From the human T2T-CHM13v2.0 reference genome, Homo sapiens, in the NCBI RefSeq assembly GCF_009914755.1, contig NC_060933.1: a stretch of DNA of 64,000 nt, one strand, 5' to 3'. Each line of letters starts with the position of its first letter. Position 1 is the first letter of the stretch. Both the position numbers and the translations under genes were made by a program. Shown here piece by piece: positions 56,024 through 64,000 of this stretch. Under the pieces are notes generated by a model. That model saw nothing but the letters and a program-made list of their open reading frames with translations. It was not told the origin of the DNA and ran no database searches.

Positions 56024-59000
56024 GGAATCTTCCGGAATGGAATGGAATGGAATGAAATGCAATGGATTCAACTCGATTGCAATGGAATGGAATAGAATGG
56101 AATGGAATGGAATGGAATGGAATGGAATGGAATTAATCCGAATAGAATGGAATGGAATGGAATGGAACGGAATGGAACGGAATGGAATGGAATGGAATGG
56201 AATGGAATGGAATGGAATGGTATGGAATGGAATGGAATGGTATGGAATAGAATGGAATGGAACGAATTGTAATGGAATGGAATTGAATGGAATGGAATGG
56301 AATGGATTGGAATCAACGCGAGTGCAGGGGAATGTAATGGAACGGAATGCAATGGAATGTAATCATCCGGAATGGAATGGAATGGAATAGAATGGAATGG
56401 AATGGAATCAACCCGAGTGCAATGGAATGTAATGGAGAGTAAGGGAGTTGAATAGAATCAATCCGAATGTAATGGAATGGAATGCAACGGAATGGAATGG
56501 AATGGAATGGAATGGAATGGAATGCAATGGAATTGAATCAACCCGAGTACAATGGAATGGAATGGAATGGAATGGAATGGAATGGAATGGAATGATACGG
56601 AATAGAATGGAATGGAACGAAATGGAATGGAATGGAATGGAATGGAATGGAATGGAATTGAATGGAATGGAATGGAATCGCTCCTAATGGAATAGGAGGG
56701 AATGTATTCGAGTGGAATGGAAAGGAATGGTATCAACCAGAGTGGAATGGAAGGGAATGGAATGGAATGGAAACTAATAGAATGGAATCAACCCGAGTGG
56801 AATGGAATGGAAAGGACTGGAATGGAATGGAATGGAATGGAATCAACTCGATTGTAATGGAATGGAATGGAATGGAATGGAATGGAATTAACCCGAATAC
56901 AATGGAATGGAATGGAATGGAACGGAATGGAGTGGAATGGAATGGAATGAACCCGAGTGCAGGGGAATGGAATGGAATGGAATGCAATGGAATGGAATCA
57001 TCCGGAATGGAATGGAATGGAATGGAATGCAAAGCAATGGAATCAACTCGATTGCAATGGAATGGAATGGAATGGAAAGGAATACATGGGAATCAACCCG
57101 AGTGGAATGGAATGGAAAGGACTGGAATGGAGTGGAATGGAATGGAATGGAATGGAATGGAATCAACTCGATTGGAATGGAATGGAATGGAATGGAATGG
57201 AATTAACCCGAATAGAATGGAATGGAATGGAATGGAACGGAACGGAACGGAATGGAATGGAATGGAATGGAATGGAATGGAATGGAATGGAATGGAATCA
57301 ACCCGACTGCAGGGGAATGGAATGGAATGGAATGCAATGGAATGGAATCTTCCGGAATGGAATGGAATGGAATGGAATGGAATGAAATGCAATGGATTCA
57401 ACTCGATTGCAATGGAATGGAATAGAATGGAATGGAATGGAATGGAATGGAATTAATCCGAATAGAATGGAATGGAATGGAATGGAACGGAATGGAACGG
57501 AATGGAATGGAATGGAATGGAATGGAATGGAATGGTATGGAATGGAATGGAATGGTATGGAATAGAATGGAATGGAACGAATTGTAATGGAATGGAATTG
57601 AATGGAATGGAATGGAATGGATTGGAATCAACGCGAGTGCAGGGGAATGTAATGGAACGGAATGCAATGGAATGTAATCATCCGGAATGGAATGGAATGG
57701 AATGGAATGGAATGGAATGGAATGGAATCAACCCGAGTGCAATGGAATGTAATGGAGAGTAAGGGAGTTGAATAGAATCAATCCGAATGTAATGGAATGG
57801 AATGCAACGGAATGGAATGGAATGGAATGGAATGGAATGGAATGCAATGGAATTGAATCAACCCGAGTACAATGGAATGGAATGGAATGGAATGGAATGG
57901 AATGGAATGGAATGATACGGAATAGAATGGAATGGAACGAAATGGAATGGAATGGAATGGAATGGAATGGAATGGAATTGAATGGAATGGAATGGAATCG
58001 CTCCGAATGGAATAGGAGGGAATGTATTCGAGTGGAATGGAAAGGAATGGTATCAACCAGAGTGGAATGGAAGGGAATGGAATGGAATGGAAACTAATAG
58101 AATGGAATCAACCCGAGTGGAATGGAATGGAAAGGACTGGAATGGAATGGAATGGAATGGAATCAACTCGATTGTAATGGAATGGAATGGAATGGAATGG
58201 AATGGAATTAACCCGAATACAATGGAATGGAATGGAATGGAACGGAATGGAGTGGAATGGAATGGAATGAACCCGAGTGCAGGGGAATGGAATGGAATGG
58301 AATGCAATGGAATGGAATCATCCGGAATGGAATGGAATGGAATGGAATGCAAAGCAATGGAATCAACTCGATTGCAATGGAATGGAATGGAATGGAAAGG
58401 AATACATGGGAATCAACCCGAGTGGAATGGAATGGAAAGGACTGGAATGGAGTGGAATGGAATGGAATGGAATGGAATGGAATCAACTCGATTGGAATGG
58501 AATGGAATGGAATGGAATGGAATTAACCCGAATAGAATGGAATGGAATGGAATGGAACGGAACGGAATGGAATGGAATGGAATGGAATGGAATGGAATGG
58601 AATGGAATGGAATGGAATCAACCCGACTGCAGGGGAATGGAATGGAATGGAATGCAATGGAATGGAATCTTCCGGAATGGAATGGAATGGAATGGAATGG
58701 AATGAAATGCAATGGATTCAACTCGATTGCAATGGAATGGAATAGAATGGAATGGAATGGAATGGAATGGAATTAATCCGAATAGAATGGAATGGAATGG
58801 AATGGAACGGAATGGAACGGAATGGAATGGAATGGAATGGAATGGAATGGAATGGTATGGAATGGAATGGAATGGTATGGAATAGAATGGAATGGAACGA
58901 ATTGTAATGGAATGGAATTGAATGGAATGGAATGGAATGGATTGGAATCAACGCGAGTGCAGGGGAATGTAATGGAACGGAATGCAATGGAATGTAATCA

Positions 59001-60090
59001 TCCGGAATGGAATGGAATGGAATGGAATGGAATGGAATGGAATGGAATCAACCCGAGTGCAATGGAATGTAATGGAGAGTAAGGGAGTTGAATAGAATCA
59101 ATCCGAATGTAATGGAATGGAATGCAACGGAATGGAATGGAATGGAATGGAATGGAATGGAATGCAATGGAATTGAATCAACCCGAGTACAATGGAATGG
59201 AATGGAATGGAATGGAATGGAATGGAATGGAATGATACGGAATAGAATGGAATGGAACGAAATGGAATGGAATGGAATGGAATGGAATGGAATGGAATGG
59301 AATTGAATGGAATGGAATGGAATCGCTCCGAATGGAATAGGAGGGAATGTATTCGAGTGGAATGGAAAGGAATGGTATCAACCAGAGTGGAATGGAAGGG
59401 AATGGAATGGAATGGAAACTAATAGAATGGAATCAACCCGAGTGGAATGGAATGGAAAGGACTGGAATGGAATGGAATGGAATGGAATCAACTCGATTGT
59501 AATGGAATGGAATGGAATGGAATGGAATGGAATTAACCCGAATACAATGGAATGGAATGGAATGGAACGGAATGGAGTGGAATGGAATGGAATGAACCCG
59601 AGTGCAGGGGAATGGAATGGAATGGAATGCAATGGAATGGAATCATCCGGAATGGAATGGAATGGAATGGAATGCAAAGCAATGGAATCAACTCGATTGC
59701 AATGGAATGGAATGGAATGGAAAGGAATACATGGGAATCAACCCGAGTGGAATGGAATGGAAAGGACTGGAATGGAGTGGAATGGAATGGAATGGAATGG
59801 AATGGAATCAACTCGATTGGAATGGAATGGAATGGAATGGAATGGAATTAACCCGAATAGAATGGAATGGAATGGAATGGAACGGAACGGAATGGAATGG
59901 AATGGAATGGAATGGAATGGAATGGAATGGAATGGAATCAACCCGACTGCAGGGGAATGGAATGGAATGGAATGCAATGGAATGGAATCTTCCGGAATGG
60001 AATGGAATGGAATGGAATGGAATGAAATGCAATGGATTCAACTCGATTGCAATGGAATGGAATAGAATGGAATGGAATGGAATGGAATGG
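56024..60090 (+). repeat. 1.32 kb unit, three tandem copies
   Basis: CGCTCC landmark at 56679, 57999 and 59324. CTTCCGG elements at 56024, 57344, 58664 and 59984 (exact 1320 spacing). Identical ORFs 56733/58053/59378. Confidence 0.94.
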
Positions 60091-63000
60091 AATGGAATTA
60101 ACCCGCATAGAATGGAATGGAATGGAATGGAATGGAATGGAATGGAATTAATTCGAATCGAATGGAATGGAATGGAATGGAATGGAATGGAATCAACTCG
60201 ATTGCAATCGAATGGAATGGAATGGAATTAACCCGAATGGAATGGAATGGAATGGAATGGAACGGAACGGAATGGAATGGAATGGAATGGAATGGAACGG
60301 AAAGGAAGGGAATGGAATGGAATAGAATGGAATGGAATGGAATCAACGCGAGTGCAGGGGAATGGAATGGAATGGAATGCAATGGAATGGAATCTTCCGG
60401 AATGGAATGGAATGGAATGGAATGGAATGGAATCAACCCGAGTGCAATGGAATGGAGTGGAATGGAATGGAATGGAATGGAACAACCCGAATGGAATGGA
60501 ATGTAATGGAGAGTAAGGGAGTTGAATAGAATCAATCCGAATGTAATGGAATGGAATGGAACGGAATGTAATTGAATGGAATGGAATGGAATGCAATGGA
60601 ATCGAATCAACCCGAGTGCAATGGAATGGAGAGGAATGGAATGGAATGGAATGGAAACTACCCGAATGGAATGGAATGTAATGGAGTGTAAGGGAATTGA
60701 ATAGAATCAATCCGAATGTAATGGAATGGAATGGAACGGAATGGAATGGAATGGAATGGAATGGAATGGAATGGAATGCAATGGAATGGAATCAACCCGA
60801 GTGCAATCGAATGGAATCGAATGGAATGGAATGCAATGGAATGGATTCAACTTGAATGGAATGGAAAGAATGGAATCAACACGAGTGGAATGGCATGGAT
60901 TGGAATGAAATGGAATGGAATCAACCCGAGTACAGGGGAATGGAATGGAATGGAATGCAATGGAATGGAATCATCCGTAATGGAATGGAAAGGAATGGAA
61001 TGGAAAGGAATCAACTCGATTGCAATAGAATGGAATGGAATGGAATTAACCCGAATAGAATGGAATGGAATGGAATGGAACGGAACGGAATGGAATGGAA
61101 TGGAATGGAATGGAATGGAACGGAATGGAATGGAATGGAATGGAATGGAATCAACGCGAGTGCAGGGGAATGGAATGGAATGGAATGCAATGGAATGGAA
61201 TCTTCCGGAATGGAATGGAATGGAATGGAATGAAATGCAATGGATTCAACTCGATTGCAATGGAATGGAATAGAATGGAATGGAATGGAATGGAATGGAA
61301 TTAATCCGAATAGAATGGAATGGAATGGAATGGAACGGAATGGAACGGAATGGAATGGAATGGAATGGAATGGAATGGTATGGAATGGAATGGAATGGTA
61401 CGGAATAGAATGGAATGGAACGAATTGTAATGGAATGGAATTGAATGGAATGGAATGGAATCAACGCGAGTGCAGGGGAATGTAATGGAACGGAATGCAA
61501 TGGAATGGAATCATCCGGAATGGAATGGAATGGAGTGGAATGGAATGGAATGGAATGGAATGGAATCAACCCGAGTGCAATGGAATGGAGTGGAATGGAA
61601 TGGAATGGAATGGAACAACCCGAATGGAGTGGAATGTAACGTAGAGTAAGGGAGTTGAATAGAATCAATCCGAATGTAATGGAATGGAATGCAACGGAAT
61701 GGAATGGAATGGAATGGAATGGAATGCAATGGAATTGAATCAACCCGAGTACAAAGGAATGGAATGGAATGGAATGGAATGGAATGGAATGGAATGGAAT
61801 GATACGGAATAGAATGGAATGGAATGGAATGGAATGGAATGGAATGGAATGGAATGGAATGGAATCGTTCCGAGTGGAATAGGAGGGAATGTGTTCGAGT
61901 GGAATGGAAAGGAATGGTATCAACCAGAGTGGAATGGAAGGGAATGGAATGGAATGGAAACTAATAGAATGGAATCAACCCGAGTGGAATGGAATGGAAA
62001 GGACTGGAATGGAATGGAATGGAATGGAATCAACTCGATTGTAATGGAATGGAATGGAATGGAATGGAATGGAATGGAATGGAATTAACCCGAATACAAT
62101 GGAATGGAATGGAATGGAACGGAATGGAGTGGAATGGAATGGAATCATCCCGAGTGCAGGGGAATGGAATGGAATGGAATGCAATGGAATGGAATCACCC
62201 GGAATGGAATGGAATGGAATGGAATGCAAAGCAATGGAATCAACTCGAATGCAATGGAATGGAATGGAATGGAAAGGAATACATTGGAATCAACGCGAGT
62301 GGAATGGAATGGAAAGGACTGGATTGGAGTGGAATGGAATGGAATGGAATGGAATGGAATCAACTCGATTGGAATGGAATGGAATGGAATGGAATGGAAT
62401 TAACCCGAATAGAATGGAATGGAATGGAATGGAACGGAATGGAACGGAATGGAATGGAATGGAATGGAATGGAATGCAATGGAATGGAATCAACCCGAGT
62501 ACAATGGAATGGAATGGAATGGAATGGAATGGAATGGAATGGAATGGAATGATACGGAATGGAATGGAATGGAACGAAATGGAATGGAATGGAATGGAAT
62601 GGAATGGAATGGAATGGAATGGAATGGAATGGAATCGTTCCGAGTGGAATAGGAGGGAATGTATTCGAGTGGAATGGAAAGGAATGGAATCAACCAGAGT
62701 GGAATGGAAGGGAATGGAATGGAATGGAAACTAATAGAATGGAATCAACCCGAGTGGAATGGAATGGAAAGGACTGGAATGGAATGGAATGGAATGGAAT
62801 CAACTCGATTGTAATGGAATGGAATGGAATGGAATGGAATGGAATGGAATGGAATTAAACCGAATACAATGGAATGGAATGGAATGGAACGCAATGGAGT
62901 GGAATGGAATGGAATCAACCCGAGTGCAGGGGAATGGAATGGAATGCAATGCAATGGAATGGAATCATCCGGAATGGAATGGAATGGAATGGAATGCAAA

Positions 63001-64000
63001 GCAATCGAATCAACTCGATTGCAATGGAATGGAATGGAATGGAAAGGAATACATTGGAATCAACCCGAGAGGAATGGAATGGAAAGGACTGGAATGGAGT
63101 GGAATGGAATGGAATGGAATGGAATGGAATGGAATGGAATGGAATCAACTTGATTGGAATGGAATGTAATGGAATGGAATGGAATCAACCCGACTGCAGG
63201 GGAATGGAATGGAATGGAATGCAATGGAATGGATTCAACTTGAATGGAATGGAAAGAATGGAATCAACACGAGTGGAATGGCATGGATTGGAATGGAATG
63301 GAATGCAATCAACCCGAGTACAGGGGAATGGAATGGAATGGAATGCAATGGAATGGAATCATCCGTAATGGAATGGAAAGGAATGGAATGGAATGGAATG
63401 GAATGGAATGGAATCGACTCGATTGCAATCGAATGGAATGGAATGGAATTAACCCGAATAGAATGGAATGGAATGGAATGGAACGGAACGGAACGGAATG
63501 GAATGGAATGGAATGGAATGGAATGGAACGGAAAGGAATGGAATGGAATGGAATGGAATGGAATGGAATGGAATTAACGCGATTGCAGGGGAATGGAATG
63601 GAATGGAATGCAATGGAATGGAATCTTCCGGAATGGAATGGAATTGAATGGAATGGAATGGAATGGAATGGAATCAACCCGAGTGCAATGGAATGGAGTG
63701 GATTGGAATGGAATGGAATGGAACAACCCGAATGGAATGGAATGTAATGGAGACTAAGGGAGTTGAATAGAATCAAACCGAATATAATGGAATGGAATGG
63801 AACGGAATGGAATTGAATGGAATGGAATGGAATGCAATGGAATCGAATCAACCCGAGTACAATGGAACGGAATGGAATGGAATGTAATGGAATGGAATGG
63901 AATGGAATGTAATGGAATGGAATGGAATGGAATGGAATGCAATGGAATGGAATCAACCCGAGTACAATGGAATGGAATGGAATGGAATGGAATGGAATGG

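Larger units (their letters stand above)
37830..62020 (+). repeat. Tandem duplication, unit ~11.43 kb (about 37830-49260 and 49261-62020; second copy 12.75 kb owing to an extra 1.32 kb unit)
   Basis: Offset 11433 for ORF pairs 38069/49502, 38877/50310, 42409/53842 and 43341/54774. Offset 12748 for 47350/60098 and 48697/61445. Private words AAAGGTGTGT ~43775/55208 and GTAACGTAGAG ~48888/61636. Confidence 0.94.
1..64000 (+). repeat. Satellite III (HSat3) array, (GGAAT)n with interspersed CAACCCGAGT-type decamers; G-rich strand is + throughout
   Basis: Continuous GGAAT pentamers from first to last base, with the CAACCCGAGT interruption characteristic of satellite III (e.g. 110, 290, 435). HSat2-type ATCATCGAAT units are not seen, and there is no CATTC-oriented segment. 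Confidence 0.98.

Noticed and set aside
88-63956. Hundreds of ORFs, including 533 aa (13280-14881 -), 538 aa (35618-37234 -) and 491 aa (34000-35475 +)
   Set aside because: (GGAAT)n has no stop codon in any of six frames. The ORFs overlap in all frames, encode only MEWNG/IPFHS repeats and show no domain or codon structure. Database 'hypothetical proteins' of this type would be annotation artefacts.
1-64000. CRISPR-like alternation of conserved words and variable spacers
   Set aside because: The spacers are GGAAT runs of variable count rather than unique sequences, there is no leader or cas gene, and the sequence is primate satellite.
1-64000. Assignment to a specific chromosome or subfamily (9q12, acrocentric short arms, Yq12 DYZ1)
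   Set aside because: There is no unique flank. No constant ~3.6 kb or ~1.8 kb period is present (the first 3.54 kb landmark spacing is not repeated). Assignment needs subfamily k-mer classification or alignment to a T2T assembly.
1-64000. Inversions or embedded Alu, L1, alpha- or beta-satellite
   Set aside because: I looked for CATTC-oriented tracts, poly(A) tails and non-pentamer stretches longer than ~30 bp and saw none.

Overview
The whole 64 kb is one uninterrupted, single-orientation array of classical human/hominoid satellite III (HSat3): (GGAAT)n on the + strand, punctuated by CAACCCGAGT-family decamers. I see no genes, RNA genes, transposon insertions, inversions or unique DNA. All listed ORFs (poly-MEWNG / poly-IPFHS) follow from a pentamer that has no stop codon in any frame. 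Chromosome and subfamily cannot be assigned by eye. The array is strongly structured. A small vocabulary of CpG-centred decamer words occurs in fixed-order modules, and these are arranged in nested duplications: a ~22.35 kb-offset pair (inferred ~16 kb ancestral unit), tandem duplications of ~11.4, ~4.0 and 2.375 kb, and a 1.32 kb unit present in 1, 1, 2 and 3 copies. More diverged sequence lies at both ends. The best functional lead is a recurrent variant, GGAATCTTCCGGAAT, a perfect three-unit heat-shock element (about 44 copies by eye), usually 170-270 bp downstream of a perfect 14-bp palindrome. I found no evidence of a novel protein-coding system. All counts and breakpoints were read manually and are approximate.
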